A stretch of DNA of 64,000 nt from an uncultured Candidatus Binatia bacterium (GTDB taxonomy: Bacteria; Desulfobacterota; Binatia; UBA9968; JAJDTQ01). The notes under the pieces are model-generated. The model had not been told where the DNA came from. It did not search any database and saw nothing but the letters and a program-made list of their open reading frames with translations. How positions within the stretch are numbered: the first letter of the stretch is position 1; the number at the start of each line of letters is the position of its first letter. The position numbers and the translations under genes were made by a program. Below are positions 9,441-18,409 of the stretch, in pieces. The stretch is taken from NCBI GenBank assembly GCA_964291295.2, contig OZ219754.1:2592001-2656000 (forward strand), in the 5' to 3' direction.

Positions 9441-10794
9441 AGCGACCCTTCGACTGGAAGGCCAGCACGCCCGGATCGACAGGGAGATTCGTACCACAAA
9501 GGAGCGCCTGATCGCCCTCGGACGAGTGGACTCCGAGTCGCACTTCTTCGCCGAGAGAAGGCAAACTCATCTGGATGCCATGGAGGCGTCGACCGGGAGC
9601 CCGACTGCAACCGTCGCGGACCTCTACGAGGCGGCGGAAAAGGCCTGTCCCGAACCCGTTGACGCAGAGGATGTTCTGACAGAAGAGGATCGCAAGCAGG
9701 TCGACATACGGATCGCAAGATATATCGACGACTTCAATGCGCGCCATGGACTCGATGTTTGGGACTACGCCATCGCGGGCGGGGCGGGCCTCCTGGGGGC
9801 GATGCTGGACCTGCTTTGCGTGAATGCGCCTGCCAAACCCACCCTCGCATGGACGGCGAAGGTCGATGGTCTGTTCAATCAGGCCGTTCAGGTTGCATTC
9901 AAGCGTCTCCTGCCGCCGGAGGTGAGCGCGGCCCTGGCCAGGGCCAACAAGGTCGGAAGCGCCGACGCCAGCACCATCGCCAGGTTGATCGGCGCACCTC
10001 CGCGTACGCTGAACCCGCGCAACCATCGCCTGCGGTCCCTGTCCCACGATCCCGTCCTGGGCCTGTTGTTCGGGATCATCGATATGACTCGTGGAACGTG
10101 CACGGTTGTCGGCGACCGGGGCATCGAAGTGTTCCAGGGGACGGACGCCCCGATGACCGAGGGTTTTTTCGCTTCCCTCGGGCGCATGTTCGGGCATCTG
10201 CTCTCCGCCGCCGCCGCCCCTTCGCAACATGACAATCGAGGCATGGGCCTGCCCGCGCCGTTCATGGGCATCCTGCGGATGTTCCATGACCTCCCCATTG
10301 GCGGGTCGGACTTGGGCAGGCAGGTCGAGTACATGTATGTCAACGGCTACGACTTCCGGCAGTTCGTCACCACAAGCATTCCCGCACTGATCCTGGAAGT
10401 GGTGATGCGTGTGCTCTACGGCGTCAAGCAGGTCAAACTGGCAGGACAGCCGCTCGGTCACGCCCTGCTTGAAACCATGCCGGCCCGAATGAATCCGCGT
10501 TTCCGGCTGATGCTCGCCCTGGGTTACGGCTGTCTGGCCGCCGTGAATGGGGGCCGCGTCTACCTCACAAAGAACATCATGAATCTCAACGATGCCGCGT
10601 GGATGGGCTTTGTCTGGCACGGCTTCCATGCCGCAAGGTGGGTTTTGCTGGATAGAGGCCTGAAGATCTGGAACGAGATCGAGCGGCAAGAGGCGGCGGT
10701 TCTCGAAGAAACGGTGAAACGCATCGAAGTGCTCGAGTCTCGGGCGGAGCGATTGCCGGTGAGAGCACCGCAAGGGATCGTTCCCGGAGAGTAG
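9433..10794 (+). CDS. Hypothetical protein of about 450 aa with several hydrophobic segments; start uncertain
   Basis: Open frame from 9304. Contains NHRLRSLSHDPVLGLLFGIID, MGLPAPFM and MYVNGYDFRQF. It overlaps the stop of the upstream gene. Confidence 0.75.
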   Translation: MSEATLRLEGQHARIDREIRTTKERLIALGRVDSESHFFAERRQTHLDAMEASTGSPTATVADLYEAAEKACPEPVDAEDVLTEEDRKQVDIRIARYIDDFNARHGLDVWDYAIAGGAGLLGAMLDLLCVNAPAKPTLAWTAKVDGLFNQAVQVAFKRLLPPEVSAALARANKVGSADASTIARLIGAPPRTLNPRNHRLRSLSHDPVLGLLFGIIDMTRGTCTVVGDRGIEVFQGTDAPMTEGFFASLGRMFGHLLSAAAAPSQHDNRGMGLPAPFMGILRMFHDLPIGGSDLGRQVEYMYVNGYDFRQFVTTSIPALILEVVMRVLYGVKQVKLAGQPLGHALLETMPARMNPRFRLMLALGYGCLAAVNGGRVYLTKNIMNLNDAAWMGFVWHGFHAARWVLLDRGLKIWNEIERQEAAVLEETVKRIEVLESRAERLPVRAPQGIVPGE

Positions 10795-11027
10795 TCCTCG
10801 TCCGTCTCGCCATTGTCCGGCAGCGTGTTCGCGAACGTTGTTCAATCGTGCCCGAGTCGCCTCCGGTTCGAGCCGGGATGCCCTCGGCGAACAGACCTCG
10901 CAGTGCCGCGGACAGGTCGGCCGGTGCGAGAGCGGGTTGATCCGAACCTGTTTGCAGGGGCCGGTTCGCTCGGGAGGTTGATGGCGGCATGCACAGGACG
11001 AGGCGTCGTTTGTCAGGGAGGCTCGGT

Positions 11028-11546
11028 ATGGATGGTGGCTTCTGGTTCATGTTCGCGGCCAGCATCGTTGTGGCCGCGTTCGTGATTCGTTCGTACGGCG
11101 TCGAGCACGCGCTGGAGGGTTTTTCGAATGGCGGTCGGCTGCTGATGGCCACGCTTCCGAAGATGATCTTCGCCTTCGCGGTGGCGGGTCTGATCCAGGT
11201 CATCATCCCCACCGACCTGGTCTCGCAGTGGATCGGCGAGGGTTCCGGCGTGCGCGGGCTCATGATCGGCACCGGGGCCGGGGCGTTTACCCCGGGAGGG
11301 CCGATGATGCATTTCCCCATTGTCGCTTCCCTGATGGCTTCGGGCGCCGGTGCCGGTCCCATCATCGCCTATCTGACGTCGTGGTCGCTCATCGGCTTCC
11401 ACCGGCTCATCATCTGGGAGATTCCCATACTGGGTCTGGAGATAACGGCGGTCCGATTCGCGGCCAGTCTCGTGTTGCCGCCGTTCGTGGGCTTCGTGGG
11501 CGGCCTCCTCTTCCACAGCCTCCCTGGCAGGGTGCCTGGTCCCTGA
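11028..11546 (+). CDS. Small predicted permease (DUF318/ArsP-like)
   Basis: Four to five TM segments; motifs WIGEGSGVRG, TPGGP and YLTSWSL. Confidence 0.75.
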   Translation: MDGGFWFMFAASIVVAAFVIRSYGVEHALEGFSNGGRLLMATLPKMIFAFAVAGLIQVIIPTDLVSQWIGEGSGVRGLMIGTGAGAFTPGGPMMHFPIVASLMASGAGAGPIIAYLTSWSLIGFHRLIIWEIPILGLEITAVRFAASLVLPPFVGFVGGLLFHSLPGRVPGP

Positions 11547-11562
11547 CCGGCCATCCGGGGCT

Positions 11563-13167
11563 TCAGCACGCGGGCTCCTCGCCCTTGACCAGATCGATCT
11601 CCCACGACAGATAGCGTTCCATGTCCTCTCGGGACTTTCCGAGGGCGCCGCTCCACACGCTGTGGCCGAAGTCCGCCTGCGCGTCCTCGATGGAGACTCC
11701 GGTGCCGTCCAGGCCGTCCTGCAACGCGAGACCGCTGCGTTCCCATGCCCCGGTCCCGCCCTGGAGTACCCGGACGTCGCGGTAACCCAGATGCCGCAGG
11801 GTGGCCGCCGCCAGCGTCGACCGGGTGGTGTCGTCGCACACCAGCGCCAGGGGCGGAGCCCTGTCCGGCACCATCCGCCCGATGTCCAGTTCCAGGCGCC
11901 CGCGGGGAAGCCACCGGGTGCCGGGAATGTGAGCGAAACCGTATTCCCCGATGCTGCGGACGTCCAATGCGGGCAACGATGACGCGATGTGGGCCCGCAG
12001 CGCCGCCGCGTCGATGAAGGCGGCCCGGGCCTGCGCCTCCGCCAAGCCGAAGACCGCGGGCTCCGGCGCGCCCCGTTCCAGTTCGAGGCCGGCCGCGGCC
12101 CACTGCCGCAATCCGCCGTCGAGGACCGCGGCGTTGCGGAAGCCCAGCTGCCGCAGCAGGGCGGCGGCCCAGACCGGCCGCAGGTCGTCGTCCGAGACCA
12201 CGAACACGGGTGCCGCGCGCACCGCCAGGAAGTTCTCGTGGGCCAGCGCCATCTGCCCCAGCGGCAGCGAGATGGAGTGCGGCAGGTGGCCGGTCTCGTA
12301 CTCCTCGGGAAGCCGCACGTCGAGAAGGTAGAACGGTTGGCCGGACTCCCGGACGGCGCGGAAGTCGGCGCGCGTGCAGCGGCGGATGCCTTCCTTCGCG
12401 GCGAGCGCCTCGGTGGCTTTGCGGATCCGGGCGGAACGGTTCGGCGAAGACGAACCGGGCACCGCCTCGCCCGGCCCGGTGGCGATTTCGCCGCCGGCCA
12501 GGAACCAGCCCATGACGCCGTTCTCCAGGGCGTACACGTGGGTGAAGCCGTTGTCGCGCAACAGTTTCGCGCCCAGGATGCCGCGTGTCCGGCCGGCGCA
12601 GCTCACCACCAGCGTCGTCTCCTCCGCCAGCGGCAGCCGCGGTGCGTCCAGCAGAAGGTTCCCGCCCGGGATGTGGTAGGTTCCGGGCACGTGGCCCCGC
12701 AGGTACTCTTCCCGCGAGCGCACGTCCACCACCACCACGTCGTCGCCGGCCTTGCACCGCCGGGCCAGCTCCACCGCGCTCATGTGGGTGACATTCTCCT
12801 GGTGGGCCACGCGTTCGCCGTATTCCTTGCCGTGTACGCCCCAGCCCGAGCGCACCGGCAGACCCTGGCACTGCCACGCCTCAAGGCCGCCGGCGAGGAC
12901 GCGGACGTGGTTGTAGCCCATGTGCGCCAGCGTCGCCGCCGCCAGTTCGCTGCGGCGTCCATCGTCGCAGCAGACCACGACGGGAATCCGCCGGTCCGGT
13001 ACCATCGCCGGCAGCCGTATCTCCAGGGCGCCGCGATGGACCGGGCTGGTGCCGGCGATCTGCGCCCGTGCGAACTCGCCGCGTTCGCGCACGTCGATGC
13101 AGGCGTGGAGGGTGTCCGAGGCCAGCAGGGCCGCGGTGGCCAGGGGGTCGATGGATGGGATGCTCAA
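11563..13167 (-). CDS. Multi-domain (4x) rhodanese sulfurtransferase
   Basis: Four repeats of DVR..E..GH(I/L/V)P and LxGG..AW. Active-site loops CCDDGRRS, SCAGRTRG, SDDDLR and VCDDTTRS. Confidence 0.9.
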   Translation of the reverse strand: MSIPSIDPLATAALLASDTLHACIDVRERGEFARAQIAGTSPVHRGALEIRLPAMVPDRRIPVVVCCDDGRRSELAAATLAHMGYNHVRVLAGGLEAWQCQGLPVRSGWGVHGKEYGERVAHQENVTHMSAVELARRCKAGDDVVVVDVRSREEYLRGHVPGTYHIPGGNLLLDAPRLPLAEETTLVVSCAGRTRGILGAKLLRDNGFTHVYALENGVMGWFLAGGEIATGPGEAVPGSSSPNRSARIRKATEALAAKEGIRRCTRADFRAVRESGQPFYLLDVRLPEEYETGHLPHSISLPLGQMALAHENFLAVRAAPVFVVSDDDLRPVWAAALLRQLGFRNAAVLDGGLRQWAAAGLELERGAPEPAVFGLAEAQARAAFIDAAALRAHIASSLPALDVRSIGEYGFAHIPGTRWLPRGRLELDIGRMVPDRAPPLALVCDDTTRSTLAAATLRHLGYRDVRVLQGGTGAWERSGLALQDGLDGTGVSIEDAQADFGHSVWSGALGKSREDMERYLSWEIDLVKGEEPAC

Positions 13168-13326
13168 GTGTGTCTCCCTTGCCGGGGGATTCTCTCCGCA
13201 ATGCGAATCCGTCCAGGTGAACGTTCCGACCCCTGCGTGGGGTGCCCGGCCCGAGCCGTGCGGGTTCGAGGTTCAGTTCCGGTATTCGGGATCCCGTTCC
13301 GGTATCACCACGCCGCCGGTGTATTC

Positions 13327-13360
13327 GAGCACCGTCTTCCCGGGAGCACCGTCTTCCCGG
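13327..13360. repeat. Perfect 17-bp tandem duplication GAGCACCGTCTTCCCGG
   Basis: Copies at 13327-13343 and 13344-13360, followed by the palindrome GCGGCGGGTC-C-GACCCGCCGC. Confidence 0.85.
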
Positions 13361-13563
13361 CGGCGGGTCCGACCCGCCGCGGTTCGGCGGCGGGTATAGC
13401 AACACCCACATGCGGAGTAAAGTACGCACGCGGCAACGTCGTCGGGGCATTCGCCGGCGCGCGGCCGTCGTTCGGATAGTGCCGGGACAAGCCGGCGCCC
13501 CGGCCCCGTGCCCGTCGGGGGAGGGGGTGTGACCCGTTCAGGGCGAAACGGGCACTGGATACG

Positions 13564-13593
13564 TTGACATGCGCGGGCACATGTTTCTAACCT
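13564..13593 (+). promoter_or_regulatory. Probable sigma70 promoter of fbp-fbaB
   Basis: TTGACA (13564-13569), 18-bp spacer, TAACCT (13588-13593). Confidence 0.5.
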
Positions 13594-13727
13594 GAGGGAA
13601 GGGGAGACTCGTCCACCGGCGTGTTGCGGACTCGTCCGGTGTCTCCCGCGCGCCGTGGATCTCCCTCGTTCCGATCCTTTCCGGACTCCCGCTGCCGCCG
13701 GAACGACGGCACGAGGGAGTGACAGCG

Positions 13728-13756
13728 TTTCACGGCAAGGTGATTTCACGGCAAGG
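13728..13756. repeat. Direct repeat TTTCACGGCAAGG x2 overlapping the fbp Shine-Dalgarno
   Basis: Copies at 13728-13740 and 13744-13756; the second runs into AAGGAG. Confidence 0.8.
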
Positions 13757-13766
13757 AGTTGTCAAG

Positions 13767-14759
13767 ATGGCTGCAGCGACGACACTGAGTCGCCATATCG
13801 GCGCGGAAGGGAGTTGGCGCAAGGACGGGGCGGAGGATCTGCGCGCACTGCTGGAGCCGATGGCGCTGGCCGGAAAACGGCTCGCCCGGGAGATCGATCG
13901 GGCCGCGCTCGCCGGCAAGCTGGGACTGGCGGGTGACCGGAACGCCACCGGCGACGTGCAGAAGAAGCTCGACGTCATCGGCAACGAGATCGTAGTGGAC
14001 GCATTCTCGGGCGGTGGCCCGGTGGCAGGCATCGCGTCGGAGGAGCTGGACGAGGTGGTGGCGACGCGCACCTCGGACGACGCCCGGTATCTGTTGTGCA
14101 CGGACCCTCTGGACGGTTCGTCCAATACCGATGTGAACGCCCCGCTGGGGACGATCTTCGGGTTTCTCCGGCGCCGCCGGACCGGGGAACTCTTCGGCGA
14201 GGAGTTCCTGCAGAAGGGCACCGAACTCGTGTGCGCCGGTTATGTGCTGTACGGTACCAGCACGGTGCTGGTCTACACCGTGGGCGCCGGCGTCCATGGA
14301 TTCACCCTGGACAAGGGGGTGGGAGAGTTCATCCTCACCCACGACGATATCCGCTGTCCGGAGAGGGGTGTCGTCTACAGCGCCAACGTCGGCCGCCACA
14401 AGGGCTGGCAGCCCGGGGTCCGGAAGTTCCTGGATCACGTCACGGACAACGACGGCTCCAGCGGCAGACCCCACTCCCTGAGGTACACCGGCGCCCTGGT
14501 GGCGGATCTGCACCGCTGTCTGCTGGACGGCGGCCTCTACTTCTATCCCGGCGATACCGGCAGCCCGGACGGCAAGCTGCGCCTGCTCTACGAGTGCGCG
14601 CCGCTGGCCTGCGTGGCGGAACAGGCCGGGGGCACCGCCAGCACGGGCCGGGGACGGTTGCTGGAGGTCACGCCGCAGGCCATCCATCAACGCACGCCCA
14701 TGGCCATCGGCAGCGCCGAGAACGTCGCGCTCTACGAGCGGTTCATGGCGGAGGAATGA
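13767..14759 (+). CDS. fbp: Class 1 fructose-1,6-bisphosphatase
   Basis: Motifs QKKLDV, SEE, DPLDGSSN, RYTGALVADLHR and GKLRLLYECAP. Confidence 0.96.
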   Translation: MAAATTLSRHIGAEGSWRKDGAEDLRALLEPMALAGKRLAREIDRAALAGKLGLAGDRNATGDVQKKLDVIGNEIVVDAFSGGGPVAGIASEELDEVVATRTSDDARYLLCTDPLDGSSNTDVNAPLGTIFGFLRRRRTGELFGEEFLQKGTELVCAGYVLYGTSTVLVYTVGAGVHGFTLDKGVGEFILTHDDIRCPERGVVYSANVGRHKGWQPGVRKFLDHVTDNDGSSGRPHSLRYTGALVADLHRCLLDGGLYFYPGDTGSPDGKLRLLYECAPLACVAEQAGGTASTGRGRLLEVTPQAIHQRTPMAIGSAENVALYERFMAEE

Positions 14760-14778
14760 GTTCGCACGAGGAGGACGA

Positions 14779-15705
14779 GTGATGACCGAGCGTGTACGAG
14801 AGATTCTGAGCTGGTACGGCAGCGACAACCCCGGGACCCTGACGAATCTGGCCCGGCTGCTCAACCACGGGCGACTCGGCGGCACCGGCAGGTTCGTGAT
14901 CCTGCCCGTGGACCAGGGTTTCGAGCACGGTCCGGCGCGGAGCTTCGCGCCCAACCCCGCGGGCTATGACCCGCGCTACCACTTCGAGTTGGCTCTGGAA
15001 GCGAGCTGCAACGCGTACGCCGCGCCGCTGGGCTTTCTGGAGGCCGGCGCCCGGGAGTTTGCCGGTGAGATCCCGCTCATCCTGAAGCTCAACAACCACG
15101 ATCTCCTGAACGACGAGAGGGATCCGACCCAGGCCGTCACCTCCAGCGTGGAGGATGCGCTGCGTCTGGGGTGCGTGGCCGTGGGCTTCACCATCTATCC
15201 CGGCTCGGAGCATCGCTTCGCGATGTACGAGCAGGTCCGCGCCATCGCCAGGGAGGCCAAGCGCAACGGCCTGGTGGTGGTGATCTGGTCCTATCCCCGG
15301 GGCTCGGGGCTGAGCAAGGCTGGCGAGGCGGCGGTCGATGTGTGCGCCTATGCCGCGCAGATCGCCGCCCAGTTGGGAGCGCACGTCATCAAGGTCAAGT
15401 TTCCCGGGGAAAACATCGAGCAGGAGGCGGCGCGCAAGGTCTACGAGAAGGAGGGCGTGCCCATCGCCGATCCGGCGGACCGCATTCGCCACGTGGTGCA
15501 GTCGGCCTTCGACGGCCGGCGTATCGTCATCTTCTCGGGCGGCCCCGCCACCTCCGACGAGGCCTTGCTCGCCGAGATCCGGGCCATTCACCGGGGGGGC
15601 GGCTTCGGCTCCATCATCGGCCGCAATTCGTTTCAGCGAAGCAAGCCCGACGCCCTTGCGCTGCTCCACCAGGTGATGCGGATCTATGCCGGGGAGGCGG
15701 TGTAG
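14779..15705 (+). CDS. fbaB: Class I fructose-bisphosphate aldolase (DhnA/FbaB type)
   Basis: Motifs ILPVDQGFEHGP, GFTIYPGS, WSYPRG, AAQLGAHVIKVK and GSIIGRN. Confidence 0.93.
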   Translation: MMTERVREILSWYGSDNPGTLTNLARLLNHGRLGGTGRFVILPVDQGFEHGPARSFAPNPAGYDPRYHFELALEASCNAYAAPLGFLEAGAREFAGEIPLILKLNNHDLLNDERDPTQAVTSSVEDALRLGCVAVGFTIYPGSEHRFAMYEQVRAIAREAKRNGLVVVIWSYPRGSGLSKAGEAAVDVCAYAAQIAAQLGAHVIKVKFPGENIEQEAARKVYEKEGVPIADPADRIRHVVQSAFDGRRIVIFSGGPATSDEALLAEIRAIHRGGGFGSIIGRNSFQRSKPDALALLHQVMRIYAGEAV

Positions 15706-15718
15706 GGGCCTGCCCGGC

Positions 15719-15746
15719 GCCCGTGCCGCGGGGTTGCGGCACGGGC
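15719..15746 (+). terminator. GC-rich hairpin after fbaB
   Basis: GCCCGTGCCGC...GCGGCACGGGC inverted repeat; no clear U-tract. Confidence 0.45.
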
Positions 15747-15770
15747 CTCTCCGTGCTAACCGTTTCCGCC

Positions 15771-15941
15771 ATGCCTCTTCAGAGAATCATGGAGATCAAG
15801 CGCCGGCGCCGGCGGCGCAAGAGTCTGGCAAAGCTGCGCGTGAAGCTTCAGGGAGCCAGGACCGAACAGGCTCGCAGCAAGGTACTGAACAAGGCCTTCA
15901 AGATCTCTCCCGGAGCCGTTCTGGATCTGTCCGGGGACTGA
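15771..15941 (+). CDS. Small basic protein (56 aa, DUF6800-like)
   Basis: MPLQRIMEIKRRRRRRKSLAKLR...KISP. The EIKRRR...ISP pattern is recalled from a small conserved family. Confidence 0.6.
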   Translation: MPLQRIMEIKRRRRRRKSLAKLRVKLQGARTEQARSKVLNKAFKISPGAVLDLSGD

Positions 15942-15965
15942 CCCGTCCCCACGTGCCCGGTCCTC

Positions 15966-16967
15966 TCAGGGTTTGCGCCCGATGACCAGCGATGAGGTCA
16001 GGGGGAGTGCCAGTTCCACCCGGCCCGCGTCCGCCAGGCCGGCGGCGGCGAACCAGCCCCGGATCTCCTCAAGCGTGTAGCAACGCCCGCCCTCCGTCGT
16101 CAGGAGCATCAGCAGACTGAAAAGGGTGCCCGCGTCGGTTTCCGCCCGACTTCCATCCAGGATGTGGTCCTTGATGACCAGAAGTCCTCCCGAAACGAGC
16201 GACTTCGCCAGCTTTGCGAACAGGGCCTGATTCGTTGCCTCATCTTCGCCGTGTATGATGTTGGACAGGAAAACCACGTCGTAGCCCCGGGGAATGGCAT
16301 CGGTTCGGTAGTCTCCGGGCCTGCACTCGATGCGGTCCGCCACGTCGGATGCCCGGACGTGGCGCTCGGTGATGCGCAGGGTTCCCGGCAGGTCGTACAG
16401 GGTTGCGCGCAGCGCCGGATAGCGCCGGCACAGGGCGATGGCATAGGTGGCCGGTCCCGGTCCGACGTCCAGCAGCCGCCGCGAATCACCGAGGTCCAGG
16501 GCGCCGGCCGTGATTTCGGCGTCGCCGCGGGCTTTCACCAGGGAATCCATGGCGCCGATGAAGATGCCGGTCTCGTCCTCGTCCGCCTGGTACATGTCGG
16601 CGACGCGAGCGGGCCGTCCCGTGCGCACCGCCTCTTCCAGTTTGCCCCAGGCATTCCAGAGCAGCGCGTCGAAGCGGATCATGCCGGTGAAGTTCTTCGG
16701 CGCCGCACCGCGCAGGTAGGTCGCGGACAGATGGTTGAGACGATAGCGCGGGCCCACCTTGTCGAGCAGCCCCATGACCGCGAGTGCGTCCAGAAGCAGT
16801 CCGGTGGCGCGGGTTTCCGAGCCGATGCGGGTCGCCACCGTGACGGCGTCGGCGTCCTCCGCCGCGCCCAGCGCGTCGAACACGCCGAGTCCCACGGCCA
16901 CCTGCAGGATCCGCGCCTCAACGTAGCCGCCCGCGATCCCCGCGAGCCGGGCGAAACCGTCGCTCAT
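15966..16967 (-). CDS. SAM-dependent O-methyltransferase (dimerisation + Methyltransf_2)
   Basis: Motifs AVGLGVFD, LLDVGPGPA, YDLP, GDY and LSNIIH. ATGA overlap with the upstream gene. Confidence 0.92.
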   Translation of the reverse strand: MSDGFARLAGIAGGYVEARILQVAVGLGVFDALGAAEDADAVTVATRIGSETRATGLLLDALAVMGLLDKVGPRYRLNHLSATYLRGAAPKNFTGMIRFDALLWNAWGKLEEAVRTGRPARVADMYQADEDETGIFIGAMDSLVKARGDAEITAGALDLGDSRRLLDVGPGPATYAIALCRRYPALRATLYDLPGTLRITERHVRASDVADRIECRPGDYRTDAIPRGYDVVFLSNIIHGEDEATNQALFAKLAKSLVSGGLLVIKDHILDGSRAETDAGTLFSLLMLLTTEGGRCYTLEEIRGWFAAAGLADAGRVELALPLTSSLVIGRKP

Positions 16968-18409
16968 ATCGGTTCGACGATCCGGTAGGTCCGGCTCCTG
17001 GGCTTGACCGGAGCGAGGATGCCCATTTTGACCAGGCTGCGGATTTCCCGGTAGGCGGTGTCGCGGTCCACGTCGGCGATGCGCTGGTAGTCGGCCGTGG
17101 AAAGCAGCTTGTCGTGGGACAGCGCGTACACCAGCAGGCGCTGCTGGCGAACCGTGAGGCGGGAGCGGTCGAAGCGGCCGAGCCAGCGCAGGGCCTCGTC
17201 GTCGTACACCGGGGTGTTGCGCAGTGTCACGGTGAAGAAGAAGCCCTCGGTGGAAAACTCCGGCGGCCGCAGCGCGTTGTGTTCCATCTCCTGGAACATG
17301 CGAGGCACGCCTTCGCCGATTTCGCGCATGTAGCCCAGGTCCGACAGCACGCGCACCAGCAACGGATTGCGCGAGCAGTGCACCCGCTGTCGCTGGTTCA
17401 GATGATCCAGCGCGACCGGTGCCGGCAATGCGCCGGGGCTGCGCACTTCGAGACGGTCGTCGAACATCCAGAATTCGGTCTCCGCGCCCGTGATCGCGTA
17501 GTCGCGATGGGCGATCGCGTTGACCAGGGCCTCCTGCCAAGCAAACGAAGGGTATTCCAGACGTTCCCGAAAGAACAGGTCGTGCAGCACCATGCGCTCG
17601 CGGATGTGTTCCCTGATGCGTCCCACGGCCTCGTCGACGAGGGTCCACAGGGGGCGGTCGATGCGTACCCGCCTGATCACGTTCAGCCTCTCTCCGCAGC
17701 CCCTTTCCGTGCCCTCGTACTTCACGAAGTCGATGCCGCAGCGCGGGTGCCACCGGGCCGGTTCCGCCGCGAACAACAGCAGGGCGGCCATGGAAATCTC
17801 GGGCCGGTCCGTGGAACCGCGAATCAGGTGGTAGGTACGCGCCAGCAAGGACCAGGGATCCGTCCGCGCCCCCGTACGCTCGGCGAAGGACTCCATCGCG
17901 GCTTCGTCCAGGTCGGCCCGGGTCGCGCCGTGGACGCGCTGCCGTTCGTAGGCGTACGACAGCTTGGCCCCCTTCAGCAGCCGTATCTGCTCGGGCGCCA
18001 CCGTGGGGTTCTCCGAGGCGATTCGATAGAAGGTTCTGCCGCTGGCGACGCGGTGAATCTCCAGGCCCGGGGTCACCTCGAAACGGAGCAGCAGCAGATC
18101 GCCGAGGTCGACACGTTCGTGCAGGCACGGGAGCGGCGGATGGAGCAGGCTTTGGGGCACCCGGCCCAGCTCCCGTAGCTCCTGCTCGGAATAGGGCAGT
18201 CCGGTGAGGCTCTTGTCGGGCTCGACGCCCACGAGCAGCACACCGCCGTCGGCGTTGACCATGCCGTCGAGGATGCGCGCGATTTCGCGGGCCAGGCTCC
18301 CGGGCCGCTTTGTCCGAGCTCCGCGCTTCCTCTGCTCGTATGCGCTGATGAACTCGAAGAACTGGCCCCGGTCTTCCTTCAGGAGTGTTTCAGTCTGGCG
18401 TCGGGGCAT
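16964..18409 (-). CDS. Schlafen/AlbA_2 + HATPase_c_4 + winged-helix protein (RecG-like ATP-binding regulator)
   Basis: Motifs NADGGVLLVGV, EALVNAIAHRDY, DDRLEVRSPG, SRNP and EIGEGVPRM, with a C-terminal HTH. Confidence 0.88.
   Translation of the reverse strand: MPRRQTETLLKEDRGQFFEFISAYEQRKRGARTKRPGSLAREIARILDGMVNADGGVLLVGVEPDKSLTGLPYSEQELRELGRVPQSLLHPPLPCLHERVDLGDLLLLRFEVTPGLEIHRVASGRTFYRIASENPTVAPEQIRLLKGAKLSYAYERQRVHGATRADLDEAAMESFAERTGARTDPWSLLARTYHLIRGSTDRPEISMAALLLFAAEPARWHPRCGIDFVKYEGTERGCGERLNVIRRVRIDRPLWTLVDEAVGRIREHIRERMVLHDLFFRERLEYPSFAWQEALVNAIAHRDYAITGAETEFWMFDDRLEVRSPGALPAPVALDHLNQRQRVHCSRNPLLVRVLSDLGYMREIGEGVPRMFQEMEHNALRPPEFSTEGFFFTVTLRNTPVYDDEALRWLGRFDRSRLTVRQQRLLVYALSHDKLLSTADYQRIADVDRDTAYREIRSLVKMGILAPVKPRSRTYRIVEPI

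Noticed and set aside
15966-18128. 720-aa ORF suggesting a fused methyltransferase
   Set aside because: The N-terminal half is an alternative frame of the Schlafen gene. The real start is 16967 with an ATGA overlap.
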